NCBI RefSeq assembly: GCF_964355755.1
Contig: NC_092672.1
Location: 22,457,237 to 22,521,236, forward strand
Reading direction: 5' to 3'
Length of the DNA stretch: 64,000 bases
Origin: Antedon mediterranea
Taxonomy: Eukaryota; Animalia; Echinodermata
Every line of letters begins with the position of its first letter. Position 1 is the first letter of the stretch. Shown here in pieces: positions 25,201 through 40,200 of the stretch. The notes under the pieces were generated by a model. The model saw only the letters and a program-made list of their open reading frames with translations. It did no database searches and was not told the origin of the DNA. Made by a program: the position numbers and the translations under genes.

Positions 25201-28200
25201 TAAGGGCCCTACCAAACAATAAAGACTATACTTTAAAATGGTATTAATCATCTAAGACACTGTGAAACAGAATAGTTTAGTTTTACGAATGTCAAGCATT
25301 TTCAATAATGGTAACCGACAGAAACGTACAAGGAGAACATTATCATTCCGAGAACCATCGTCTACACTTCCTAGAGGGCGAGTTTAAATCTAATGGCATG
25401 TGTGGTTATTATATGGCTTATGAAATGATTTTGGCCCAAAAACCCCATAAATATTTTATTTCACATCGTGCTTTGGATGAACGTGTCCGGCACGCGATTT
25501 CTTTTTCGTACATAAGTTGGGGACCCCCTCATGAAACGTCACAAAATAAACATGAATAATTCATCAGTTAAATGTGTTGTTCCGTGTGCACCCAAGCGTA
25601 TAGCAACAAGAAGCGATTACACAACTGCGATACGATACTTTCTACAGTAGGCCTAGGATTCTAAGTCAATTCACGCGATTGCCTTCGCGCACTCTTCTTC
25701 ACACAAAATGTGTCGAGTCAAGGCTAATCGACAGCTAGGCAAGACATTAAACTAAGTAGTAATTCATTGGACATAGCCCAAAGAAAGCTTAGACCCACAA
25801 GAATAAAGAATGTTTATAATTTGTGTACTGTATTTTTTTAATTCTGCTATTAATTTATTATCAAACAATGCATGTACTCAAAGGAACTTTAAAAATGCGC
25901 GTATATGAACACATGAGATGGGAAGATTAGACCCACGAGAATAACAAATGTATTTTAGTGTAATGTTTATTGCTTAATTTTGCTGACTTATTACTCGGAT
26001 TGTGTCATACCTATAACACACACACACACACACAGCTCTACTAGAATAGACATATTATGTTTAGAGACTAATAATTATGCCTAGGCCTAATAGTATTAAT
26101 AGAAACTATAATTTTAACACGTAATTATTTAGTAATACATTATATTAAAAACACTATCATAAACTAAAGACTGATTATTTCGACAGTCCACACAAAACAA
26201 CAGAACAAGAACATTTAACTGATGAATTATTCATGTTTATTTTGTGACGTTTCATGAGGGGGTCCCCAACTTATGTACGAAAAAAAAAATCGCGTCCGTC
26301 ACCCTGAGAAAAATATCATGGAAAATGGGTTTAGTGATATTAATGCATAAAATCGCACATATTATTTCCAAGATATGGCCAATAGTAAAGTTATTGACCT
26401 TTGAAATATCTAGAATTTGCATAACTATTATGAAATATATTTATTTAGTCTGTCAAAATTTGATTTTTTTAAATGGCCAGGGTTATTTTACCTATTAGTA
26501 TTATTTAGTTTGGCTTATTAGTTTTGGTTTAGTATGTTCTTGCAAATTATGAAATTAAGCTGAGTTTTTTAAATTTTTTTAAAAGAGTAGCTGAGGGATT
26601 TATCAGAACTAATTATGCTTATAACTAGAATTGCTAATATTGTTATTTTAAATCACAAACACTTGATTGTCAGAATGGAAAGTCTGCATCTGATATCTAT
26701 AATGAAAATGTGTGCGATAAATACGATGGTGAACAAAAGAAAACAGAAATACTTGCAATTTTGAGTGGTAAGTTAAAAAAACACATTGTGCCTCAAATAG
26801 AAGCATGAACGTATAATAATAAAATTAATGATCACTTTTTATCCTGTAGTATATGTAGTCAGTCCTATAATCAAACAAATAAAAAAATATGATTTATAAT
26901 ATAAAAAAAAAGTAGATTAATTCAAATAGCGGCTCATCTCAACTACTGTTAGTACAGGGTATGTTGAAACTCACAGCGTTAGGTTTGTTATCTAACACAA
27001 AGCGTGCGGTACTTCATGGCATGCCAATGTGTAATATGGTTTCAGTTGTGCATTTTATCCTGTCTTCAATTTTGTGTGCTACTAATTCTGTTATAAATAT
27101 ATATATGTTGGTCCCAAAGGTATTTTAAAAATATGTTTGGCCTTTATATCCTACATTATTTCCAATCTGTAATTCTGCACTGAAAAGCTTCATATACACA
27201 TTCATTTTACTTGTTTAGGTGGACCTTTACCTTACATCGAAATGACATCGTCAGGTATGAATATTCTTCAATTTCAATGCCCCACAATAGGGGTATTGTT
27301 TCCAATAAAAAAGGGAATTAAAAAATTAATCTTGGTCTATGACAAATTAGCTATCTTTTATGTTCTATTTGTTATGGAGATTTTGGTATCCACAATATCT
27401 ATAAAATAAACTACTTATAAAAATGATTTAAATATTAATTTACATTTAAGAAATAAAAAGGAGTTTAGCGTGATTGAACTATTATTTTATTTACAAATAT
27501 TATAAAACCACTATAGACAAAGTCAACATTTCACAAAATTACATTTGGGTAATTTAGATCTAGAAATTGAGAAGGGTAGGTGGAATCAAATTAACAAAAT
27601 ACTAATATTTTAGGATTTATTAGAATATTTTAAAAACAGTATAATATATATATATTATTTTAATTAGATATTACAGCCAAAGAATTAATATACATTGCTC
27701 ATAACGCCTTTAATAAAAGGAAACTAATAGCAGCTAATCTTGGAATGACACAAGAAGATATAAATTCATTTGAACTACCAGATAAAAGCATAGCTCAAAG
27801 GACTTTGGACATGTTGAACACATGGGCAGTTAAGGTTACTAAGAAGTCCATGCGTTCAGAACTTGTTGCAGCTCTCAGGAAAGCTGAGGAAAAAGATGTG
27901 GCTGATAAAATTGAAAGTAAGTAAATAAAACCGTAAGATAGCCTTCAGAATGACTGAACTCTCTAATTTATAAGGTTCTTAAAGGCTTTGTAACAATATT
28001 CTGTGTGTTTATAATAATAAATAAAAACACTTTTTAATATGCAGAAATGTCTAAGTCTAAATTTTGGTCGCATTTGTGAGCATCGGCTTATAAGCTTAAG
28101 TGTTGGCATATACCTTATTAGTACCATATATTTATCAAACCAATTATTGAATTTGATGAAAATCTATCATCTGTTTTTCGTGACGAATTGCTGAAGTATT

Positions 28201-31200
28201 TTATTCTATATACATTATACCTTCATCTTTGTACTCTGCTATTATCACCTTAATTTATTTAAGTAACGATTCAGGTATTCATAAGACAGTCTTAGTGCAT
28301 ATTAAACTGTTCAATTTATAAAGAGTATAATTGCTATCCTGTAGTATACAAACAAACAGGAAGTTATACAATAGTTATTGTACCTTTTGTTTTGTTTTTA
28401 AGATGTGCATGTTCCAGAGGAGATATTGGCACGAGGACCTGATGCGGTGAAAGCATTTCAAAATGCACTTGAAGAAGGACAAACAGAGTTTAATCAAGGA
28501 AGAACTATTTTTGTAGGACTTGAGAATGTTGGAAAAACGTCTACTATCAATTCTCTTTTAAGAAAAGGGTAAGCAAACTTTATATCAACTATTACATTTA
28601 ACCACTTAAACTTTTACATACAGTTGTTAACTGGATCAATTACAAGAATAACCCATACATTTTTTCTGAATAGTTTCAATTTATTTCACCATAAAATAAT
28701 ATCAAAATACATAGCAAATATTGATGAGAGTAACTATCAAAGCAAAGCTCGTATTCCAGTCACCCATACACATAGCTAGCCAATAGCTTAAATATCTTAT
28801 TTTATTGGGACCCTTATAAGTAATCTAAACATAAATAATCTAAATATCACAATGTAAAAGAGTAAGAATATAGTTGATTAAAATGTACTATTATTAAAAT
28901 TGTTGTATGATTAAAGTATTTGGCCCTTTATTGTTCTGGGTATGTTGAGGGTTTAAAACAAGATTGTAATGCAACGTAAAAACAATGTCATTGTCTGTTT
29001 TATTATTAATGCAAACATTCTTTTATAATTATATAATGTCATTTTGTCAGATTTAATCCATTGCATATAATAACAGATGCAATGGTTAAAACAACGGTGT
29101 GTACACCAGATGCCAGTAACAAAGAAATGTTGAAAGAAACAACGCAGGATATTAATTGTAAGATTTACTTTATTCAGATACATGCTACAACCAAAATAGA
29201 TGAAATATTTATATTTTTAAATTTATTTTTATAATTATTTAGGCAAATTGCCAAGGATAACCATAAGCAAATTAATTCACTATCCTTCTTAAAGGTAGCA
29301 ATCCTGTTCACAAGATAAACATACACAATATTATGCTCTACATAACAATAAACAAAGTCTTATTACAATTCTTTGGGAGTGGAGTTGTAATTTGTCATTA
29401 GAAAAAATCCTGACATGGACATGGACACAGGACCCTTGAATTGGTAGCCAAGCATCATAACTACCAAGCCACAACTTCACTCCAAATTTAAAATTCACCC
29501 CTGACTCATGCACTATCATGTCACAACTTGTTGTTGTTTTTTTTACCAAATAATTGTTGTTCTTATAATTATCATGTCATTGTAAATCAATTTAAAAGAC
29601 ACTCTAGGTTTAATATTTGGGTGACAATTTGCGACTACTTCTTGCACACACTTTGATATTTCATAAATGCATGGAGAAAACAACTACCATATAAACATAC
29701 AAGGTGTTTAAATTCAATTTGAGGATAAATTAGTTTTTTAATTATTGCAACAACATCATAAAAATAGTTTTAAAGTGTCTATGCTTTAAAAAAAAACAAT
29801 GTAACTGTGTAAGAAATAAAATAATATATACATGATTTTATTAACATTTTTTAATTTAAAAGCTTTAGACATGTATCAGGATGCTGTCACTGATTTCACA
29901 GTTAAACAAATGTTGAAAAGTCCACGCCATAGAAAAGGATACATACCAAGAGCAGGAGCATCAAAGCAGGAAACAAAATCTGGTAAAAGATTTTAATTAA
30001 ATTCAATTCAGTAATCTGCTGTAAAATAAATTTAAAAGTATAAATATAAAAGGCACAAAATACCAGTCAATATAAAATTGGTACAAAGGAGATTTTTAAA
30101 ATAAATTTAATATAGAAGTGGATAAAAGAGAGGTTTATACAGCATTTTGCTGTGATTACTTCTGTCACATTTGAATTTAAATAGTGAATACAAAAGATAC
30201 ACAAATTGGATCAGGTTGGAATCGGCAACAAATGATTTATTACACTAAGCTTTGTTCTTGACAAGTTAATTTGATTATAAAGCATAAATGATGAATGCTA
30301 ATACATTATGCTATTTATAACAAGATAGCATCACCTTTAATTATATCATCACATTTTTCAGAAAGTAGACATGAGGAAGAGAAAAACCCCACAGGAGCAT
30401 CAACATCAAAACAGGAAGCCAACTCTGGTAAAACATCAACAAGTTCAAATCCAAAGCCAAGCCCACAAAAAGAGGGTAAATATTTATTTTTAAATGTGCT
30501 TGATTGTGCTGTTCATATATATTAATAATATCAGAAATAAAGTGCTAAATATTGAAATGATTAAAGGGGTGGAAATTTAATCATAATCATCAGTGTCTGC
30601 TAATGAACATATTACCTTGTTATCTTGTTCTTATTATCAAGTTACTTTGACAGTTAATACTAGTATTTGTATATTATATGACACTGCTGTGTAATATATT
30701 CAACTTGCAGTACAATGTGGTTAAATAAACTCAACATTAAACCTTTGATTGGAAAGGATAAGGTTTAGAATACTTAAATATTGCATTGGAAATACTTTTT
30801 CTTTTAACAAAAAAAGTTATAGTTGGTAATCGCATATGAGACCTGTTATCCTGCTCTATATACTCAGCCTGCCTCTATCTGTCTTTAAAATTAAGATTAT
30901 GATTATGATATTGAATTAAACTGTTGTATTGTGTATTATTGTTTTATCATAACAGAACCAGTGTATGAAGAAAAACTTGAGAGACCAGAAATTCCTAAAT
31001 GGCTCAGGAACAAATTTGTACCCAAATTTCGTTTTGCAAGAGAAGGTGGTGACTCTAAAGTGGATAGCAACAAGTTTGTTATGAATATCTTGGACTTTGG
31101 TGGTCAACCAATTTACCATGTGATACAACGGGTAAATTTTATTGGTGTATTTAATTTTTATTAATAGAGATTAGTTTTGCCGTCAACATTCAATGTACAT

Positions 31201-34200
31201 GCCTCCTTCTGAAGTTGTGAAAATTTGCTTTGTCTTTTGGCCTTGTTACAATATCAGCACTGAAATCAAAAAGCTTGCTCACTTGATTTGAAGTTAAGAA
31301 CCTTTAATCTTGCTCCGAAGTATTACAAAAATGTGGATCTAATATAGTACAATATGTCAGTATCAGATACAAAATACAATTATTATTATTATTACAATAT
31401 TATAAATTATTTTATTCTTCATTTAATTTAATAAAGTCAACTCGGTCTTTAGTCCCTAATTACCAGAAACCAAAACCAGAATTGAGGTCAAAAGTTCCAA
31501 ATTCGTTTTTACCTTTAAAAATACATTTGGAATATCAGAATTTCTGTAAACCCAGACAAATTATGGCATCCGAAGGGTGTCCAGTTTTGGAAGATTTTAA
31601 GTAAAATAGTATTAATTGATGTAATATAATGTATTATTAGCAGAGAGGGATAGCAAAGAAACAATGTAATATTAAACATTCTTTATTTATTAAACCAGTG
31701 AATAAGATTGTAAATGTTTCCAAGGTGAACATGCACTTTGTGAGGAAAACAAAAGTATCAAATAATCAGTTGTGCCAGTATACTGACACATGTGTATAAA
31801 CAGTTTTTAATATTGACTATTATGATTATGTTTACTAGATATTCATGGTATCTTATGCTGTTGTATGTGTGGTATTCAACCTGAATGAAGGTCTTAATGC
31901 CCCAGCTAAAGTTCGTGATCCAACAACTGTAAGTAGATTTTACAAATTTCAAATGTTTATGTAATTGTACATAAATAAAATGTTTCCTTCATGTTATCCT
32001 TTACCTTAACACAAACTGTGCAAATAGCAGATGCCTGATATATGATTGTTGTTAATTCCACTTCCATGATAGTGTTGTTAATAGCAGATGCCTGATATAT
32101 GATTGTTGTTATTTCCACTTCCATGATAGTGTTGTTAATAGCAGATGCCTGATATATGATTGTTGTTAATTCCACTTCTATGATAGTGTTGTTAATAGCA
32201 GATGCCTGATATATGATTGTTGTTATTTCCACTTTCATGATAGTGTTGTTAATAGCAGATGCGTGATATATGATTGTTGTTATTTCCACTTCTATGATAG
32301 TGTTGTTAATAGCAGATGCCTGATATATGATTGTTGTTATTTCCACTTCTATGATAGTGTTGTTAATAGCAGATGCCTGATATATGATTGTTGTTAATTC
32401 CACTTCCATGATAGTGTTGTTAATAGCAGATGCCTGATATATGATTGTTGTTAATTCCACTTCCATGATAGTGTTGTTAATAGCAGATGCCTGATATATG
32501 ATTGTTGTTATTTCCACTTCTATGATAGTGTTGTTAATAGCAGATGCCTGATATATGATTGTTGTTAATTCCACTTCCATGATAGTGTTGTTAATAGCAG
32601 ATGCCTGATATATGATTGTTTTTATTTCCACTTCCATGATAGTGTTGTTAATAGCAGATGCCTGATAATGATATATGATTGTTGTTATTTTCACTTCCAT
32701 GATAGTGTTGTTAATAGCAGATGCCTGATATATGATTGTTAATTCCACTTCCATGATAGTGTTGTTAATAGCAAATGCCTGATATATGATTGTTGTTAAT
32801 TCCACTTCATGATAGTATTGTTAAAAGCAGATGCCTGATTTATGATTGTTGTTAATTCCACTTCCATGATAGTGTTGTTAATAATAATAGCAGATGCCTG
32901 ATATATGATTGTTGTTAATTCCACTTCCATGATAGTGTTGTTAATAGCAGATGCCTGATATATGATTGTTGTTAATTCTACTTCCATGATAGTGTTGTTA
33001 ATAGCAGATGCCTGATATATGATTGTTGTTATTTCCACTTCCATGATAGTGTTGTTAATAGCAGATGCCTGATATATGATTGTTGTTAATTCTACTTCCA
33101 TGATAGTGTTGTTAATAGCAGATGCCTGATATATGATTGTTGTTATTTCCACTTCCATGATAGTGTTGTTAAAAGCAGATGCCTGATATATGATTGTTGT
33201 TAATTCCACTTCCATGATAGTGTTGTTAATAGCAGATGCCTGATATATGATTGTTGTTAATTCTACTTCCATGATAGTGTTGTTAATAGCAGATGCCTGA
33301 TATATGATTGTTGTTATTTCCACTTCCATGATAGTGTTGTTAATAGCAGATGCCTGATATATGATTGTTGTTAATTCCACTTCTATGATAGTGTTGTTAA
33401 TAGCAGATGCCTGATATATGATTGTTGTTAATTCCACTTCCATGATAGTGTTGTTAATAGCAGATGCCTGATATATGATTGTTGTTATTTCCACTTCCAT
33501 GATAGTGTTGTTTTTCTATTAATTTGTGCTGCTAATAATAATAGATAATTTGTCAAACTAGAACTTTAAAAATTTTAAATGTAAATTTTGTTCATTTTTT
33601 TTTTATTTAGGGAAAAGTTTATGAACATCGAATGACAAATCTTGACTTCATACTGTTTTGGATTCGTTCTGTTTTTGTAAACGTAAGAAAAGGAAAAAAT
33701 AACAAGATAATGCTGATTGGTACACATTATGAGAGCCTTGGTAAAACTGAACAAGAAAGACAACAAAGGGTACATATATCATCGCATTTCCTTTTAAACA
33801 GTACAAAATTGTATATTGTCATTAATTCATTGGAAACAATATGTAGTTTCATCTCTAACATTGGCAATCATGTATGATTGTTTTATACGTCATGTCATGA
33901 GCATACTACTGTACTGTGCTGGCCTATGATTATTAACTGATTAACTTAACTTAATTTTTTTTTTCATTTCGATATAATAAAACAAATAAAAGGGTATACA
34001 AATATCAATGATTTAGCACACATTTTAAATTTGTTTTCTTATATTGGTATAATTATACAATGTACACTAGGTAAGTAAAAGCGTAACAAACATAACTTAA
34101 ACGAAACACTTTTTGCACTTTACAAAAGGGGTTTTGGTTGGCTAAGCACACTCTAAATCTTCCCTTGACATAAGTATAATTCAAATATGATGTTATTTAT

Positions 34201-37200
34201 TTTAGGTAAAGGAAATAGAGAATATACTTTGGAAAGCCCTGGAAGGAAAACAATTTGAGGACATGGTGTATCAAGGAGAGCTCTTTACCATTGAAAACAG
34301 TGTCTCATTTGAAAAGAGCGGTGCTTCTAAAATCATCCTCAAAATACAAAAATTAGTCCAGATGATGATTCTTACTTTTCCAATTAAATGGCTGCAAGTA
34401 ATGCAGGAAATACAACAGCTAAGAAAAGACAAACTGTATCTACCAACGTCTGAGGTTAGAAATATATTTTTATTTCTTTCAGCTTGATCTCAATTATATA
34501 TCTTTACAGTTTAGTGTAGGTAAAAATTGTTTGAAAACAATAACCAGTTACATTTGTTTAGAATAAATACATTAAACCCTGTTTTTCTGTCAATTTTAGT
34601 TGAGGATAAAATAACTATCATTGTAACGATCATGGTCACCTGCATTTAAAAGTGTATAGATTAGGAAACAAGTTGGTTCATTGTTGGTAGAAATTTTCCC
34701 CATGAGGGTATAATGTTAAACTTGCTTTATTTGTCAATGTTTATTGACTGTTTATGACGATTGTCATCGGTAACAGAACGGTGTAATTTTATTTTTTTTA
34801 ATTTTTATTTTATTTATTTTTTTATTTTAATTATTGTACATCCAACAGTGTAAACACCAATTACAGGATTATATATATATATATATATAAGAACTATATA
34901 ACAATTATAATCATATTTAAACATTAATAAAATAATTTAAAATTTCAAATTATTTAAAATTATCTAACCAACTTATGATAGACTTATGGTAGACAACATA
35001 CCAAAATGCCATTGTAACATTGTTCAGAAATACAAAATGATTTAATATGTTGCAAATTTCAATTCTAACCCTTTCATGACAATGAAAAAAGATGTCCTTG
35101 TAGTAACTTTTAGTATTATTTCCAATATGCTGTTTAACAAACACAGTAGCACAAATTACAATGTTGGTTGAACTCTCAACTTTTAGAATTTAATTTTATT
35201 TAATTGGGATGTTTATTTGCCTTTAGATTAATGATTTACTTGCTCGTTGTAAGATAACTGACAGAAAACAGTTTCTTGAGTACTTGCACGACATCGGTGA
35301 GATTCTGTTCTACCCAGATGACAAGATCCTCAAAGAAAAAATTGTTATAGATTTGATGGGAGTAGTCGACAAGTTTAAAACAATCATCACAGTTATTGAT
35401 CCCAAGCTTCAGGTTAGTAATATTATGCACTATACTTTTGTGAATAATCTGACATAAACATTGTGATAATGTTTTTATGTGATGAATTTAGCTTTAAAAT
35501 GTAATGTCTACCACAAAGAGAACTTTTTGTCCTGGAGCCTAATATATCTACTGTCACCATAATGAAAGTTAATGAATTTTAAAATAGAATCAAATTTATT
35601 CAAATTTACACCTTGTTTAATTTTACTACTGTATATTCTAATACTTAAAAGCAAATATGCTTGTGCATTACAGTTGAACCCCTATTAAAGAGGACACCAC
35701 ATAATGTGGACCCAACAAAGTGTGTCCCTTTAATAGAGGATAGTTGTAGAACCCCTATTAAAGAGGACACCACATAATGTGGACCCAACAAAGTGTGATC
35801 CCTTTAATAGAGGTTAGTCGTAGTTAATAATAATAATAATAGCTTTATTGTTTCTCAAGAGATGTGCAACAACAAAAAATAAATAAATAAATCGTATAAT
35901 TGTTTATTTCGGGAGAAGATATCAACAAATTAGTAATTCTTCGTACTATGGTTTCTGTTTTACAAACAAATCTTTCTTTCCACCAATCGCTAGAATACCT
36001 ATTAGTTGCAATTGTGACATTTGACATAATCACCAGCTGGTCTATCTTTGGTTTCTGTTTTACAATCTTTCTTTCCACCAATCGCTAGAATGCCTACTAG
36101 TTGCAATTGTGACATTTGACATAATCACCACCTGGTCTATCTTGTTCTGCTTATTTTCTCATCCGTATCTTGAATCTGAACTGAACTTGATTGTATCTCT
36201 TTTATATCCGAGGCACAGTCTGAATGAGATGTGCAACAAGTATATAATAAACATTAAAAAAATTAGACAGAAAAAACAAATTACAAAATATTTACATGAT
36301 AAACCGCTCAAAAAGTTGAGATCTTCAACTATAAACCTTATATAGAAAAACGCAAATGGTTGAAGTAAACTGAGAAAGATTAAAAAACTAAGACAAATAG
36401 GCCATAAGCAGTAAATCGTATCGTTTCATCTCATTCCAGTGTTAGTAGGCTAGTCAATCTAGCATTTTGAGTGAAACAAATTGCAAACAGAGATTTTTTT
36501 TTTTTAATGGTTCCATATGATAAGGTGATTATTTTTTGAGCATCACACCTCTGACACTCATCCCGAAGGTATGCAAATTAGCTTAAATATGCAAATTAGG
36601 GTGAAATTACAGGGTTACCATATCTTAAAAACTACTAATCATAGAGAGTTCATTTTTGCACAGTCTGGTTCAGAATATATATATTTATATTTGCTCTAAT
36701 GAGACATTTTACATAAAAATGTCCGGAAGTACCAAATTTGGACCCTTGACCCCATTTCTCAATATTTACATAAATATGTGATTAAAATGTCTGTAGAGAC
36801 TTTATTTTGGACTCAATGACTTGGATATTGTTTTTCAATACCCACCATAGAACTGTATTATAATTCCTAAAATCACAACTTCGTCACGCACCTCGAAAGT
36901 ATGCAAATTAGTAGTACAAGTAATATTAAATATGCAAATTAGGGAGTGAAATTACAGCGTTGCCATATCTCAAAAACCGCTAATGCTAGAGTGTTGATTT
37001 TTTCACTAAAGTATTTAAAATGTATATATTTATATTTGCTGTAATGAGACATTTTACAAAAAAATTCCCGGAACTATGACATTTGACCCTCGACCCCATT
37101 TCTCAATATTGCAGTAATGAAAACTAAAATGTCTGTAGAGACTTTGTTTTGCCCTCAAATGACTCGGATACAGGTTTTTAATAGCCAACATAGGAATGTT

Positions 37201-40200
37201 TAGTAAATCTCAAAATCACACCTGTATCACTCACCTTCAAAGTATGCAAATTATTAGTACAAGTTACATGAAATATGCAAATTAGGGGGTGAAATTACAG
37301 GTTCCTATATGTATCGAAAACCGCTAAGGTAGAGAGTTGATTTTTTCAAAAACTTGTTCAGAATGTACATATTTATATTTGCTCTAATGAAACATTTTAC
37401 GAAAAAATGATCGGAAATACAACAATTGACCCTTGACCCTATTTATCCATGTTTGCATACATAATGCAACTAAAATGTCTAGATAATTTTTTTGGACTCA
37501 AATGACTTGGATACAGTTTTTCTATCGCAGCATAGGACCTCTTTGTAATTCCCAAAATCACATCTTTGTCACATACCTTGAAAGTATGCAAATTATTAGT
37601 ACAAGTTACATGAAATATGCAAATTAGGGGTGAAATTACAGTCTTCCCATATCTCGAAAACCATTAATGCTAGAGAGTTGATTTGAATTCAGAGTTGTTT
37701 CAGAATGTACATATTTATATTCGCTGTAATGAAACATTTTACGCAAAAATTGTCTTGATTGAATTATGACATTTGACCCTTGACACTATTTCTCAATATT
37801 TTCATATATTTCAACTAAAATATCTGTACAGACTGTTTTGGCCTCAAATGACTCAGATACAGGTTTTCTATAGCCAGCATAGAACTGTTAGTAATTCTCA
37901 AAATCACACCTTTGTTACTTTCCTAGAAAATATGCAAATTAGTAGTACAAGAGGTGAAAGTTGCTATATCTCTATCGGTCATTAGCGTTTTTCGAGATAC
38001 ATATGGCTGTAATTTGCATATTTCATATAACTTGTACTAATAATTTGCATACTTTCGAGTTGCTTGACTTTTGAGGCCAAAACAAAGTCTGTACATACAT
38101 TTTAGTTGCATTATATGCAAATATTGAGAAATAGGTTCGAGGGTCAAATGTCATACTTTCGATAAATTTTTTTTCAATAATGACCCAGATACAGGTTTAG
38201 TAATTCTCAAAATCACACCTCTGTTACTTCGCTTGAAAGTATGCAAATCAGTAGTACAAGAAAGTTGCCATATCTCTCTCTCTCGGTCATTAGCGTTTTC
38301 CAGATACATAAGGCAATTCACTGTAATTTGCATATTTCATATAGCTTGTACTACTAATTTGCATACTTTCGAGGTGCTTGACTTATACTGGCTATATAAA
38401 ACCTGTATCCGAGTCATTTGAGGCCAAAACAAAGTCTGTACATACATTTTAGTTGCATTATATGCAAATATTGAGAAATAATAATAATATCCTGGATTTA
38501 TATAGCACCTAATGTTGTGAAACCTCTAAGCGCTGTACATAAACTAATACGAAAAAAGGGAATTCCAACCATGCCAAACGAAGGCGTGATTTTGGGAATT
38601 ACAAAGCGGTCCTATGCTGACTATAGGAAACATGTATCCGAGTTATTTGAGTCCAAAACAAAGTCTCTACAGACATTTTAGTCGCATTATGTATGCAAAT
38701 ATTGATAAATGGGGTCGAGGGTCAATTGCAGTTTCATTAGAGTAAATATAAATATGTACATTCTGAACAAGTTATTGAAAAAATCAACTCTCTAGCCTTA
38801 GTGGTTTTTCGATATTATAGGAACCTTTAATTTCACCCTCTAATTTGCATATTTCATGTAACTTGTACTAATAATTTGCATACTTTGGAGGTGAGTGATA
38901 CAGGTGTGATTTTGAGATCTACTAAACAGTCCTATGTTGGCTATTAGAAACCTGTATCGGAATCATTTGAGGGCAAAACAAAGTCTCTACAGACATTTTA
39001 GTTTCATTTATAATTATATGCAATATTGAGAAATGGGGTCGAGGGTCAAATGTCATACTTCCGGTCATTTTTTTGTAAAATGTTTCATTGGAGCAAATAG
39101 AAATATGTACATTTTGAATACGGCTGTGAAAAAATCAGCTCTCTAGCATTAGTGGTTTTTGAGAAATAGGACAACTGTAATTTTTTCCCCTTATTTGCAT
39201 ATTTTATTTAAATTGTACTACTAAGTTGCATACTTTCGAGGTGTGTGACAAAGGTGTGATTTTGGGAATTACAAAGTGATCCTATGCTGGCTATTAGGAA
39301 CCTATGTCTGGGTCATTTGAGGGCAAAATAAAGTCTCTACAGACATTTTAGTCACATTGTATATGCAAACATTGAGAAATGGGGTCGAAGGTCAAAAGTT
39401 GAACTTCTGGTCATTTTTTCGTAAAATGTTTCATTAGAGTAAATATAAATATATATATTTTGAATAGATCAGTGAAAAAATCAACTCTCTCGGACTAGTA
39501 GTTTTTGAGATATGGTAACCCTGTAATTTCACCCTAATTTGCATATTTAAGCTAATTTGCATATCATCGGGATGAGTGACAGAGGTGTGATGCTCAAATT
39601 TTGATTTCCTCATCATATATGACCATTTAAAAAAGAAAAATCTCTGTTTGCAATTTGTTTCACTTTGGGCTGTTTTTTTTGCTAGATTGACTAGCCTATA
39701 GGGGTTTAGAATTTCGTAACATATTTACAATGTTAATTTTATATAATATTTTTTAACAACATATCAAAAGTTCTCCACAATCATGTGTGTCAATTTTGAA
39801 TTATCGATTGATTTTGGTATTCTATTTTGATATACATCGCGATGTATTGGCGTGAGCGATTTGGTCCCACAAAGGAAACATGTTCAAACTTATCCGCAAC
39901 ATCCAAAAATATGTACCACGTGATTGTATTTCACCAATCATAGTATGATTACAGATTAGGGAATCCCCATAACGCACGGAGTGCAGAAGTGTGTAAAAAA
40001 TCAACGCATGTATTCTTTGCGAGTCGAGGAAGTTTGGTTTATTTTGCTACTTAAACAAACGTTGTAAACAGACATTTTTAGCGAAAGAAGATGATAATTA
40101 TATGATTGTTTGAAAATTGTTTCCTGCTCAACATGGTGTATGATTATGGTTTGGTAGAAACACAGTTTAGAGAAAATAAGAGGCCAAACAAAAGATAGCT

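Noticed and set aside
32023-33512. 57-bp array as a CRISPR array
   Set aside because: Units are head-to-tail with no unique spacers, there are no cas genes, and the context is a eukaryotic intron.
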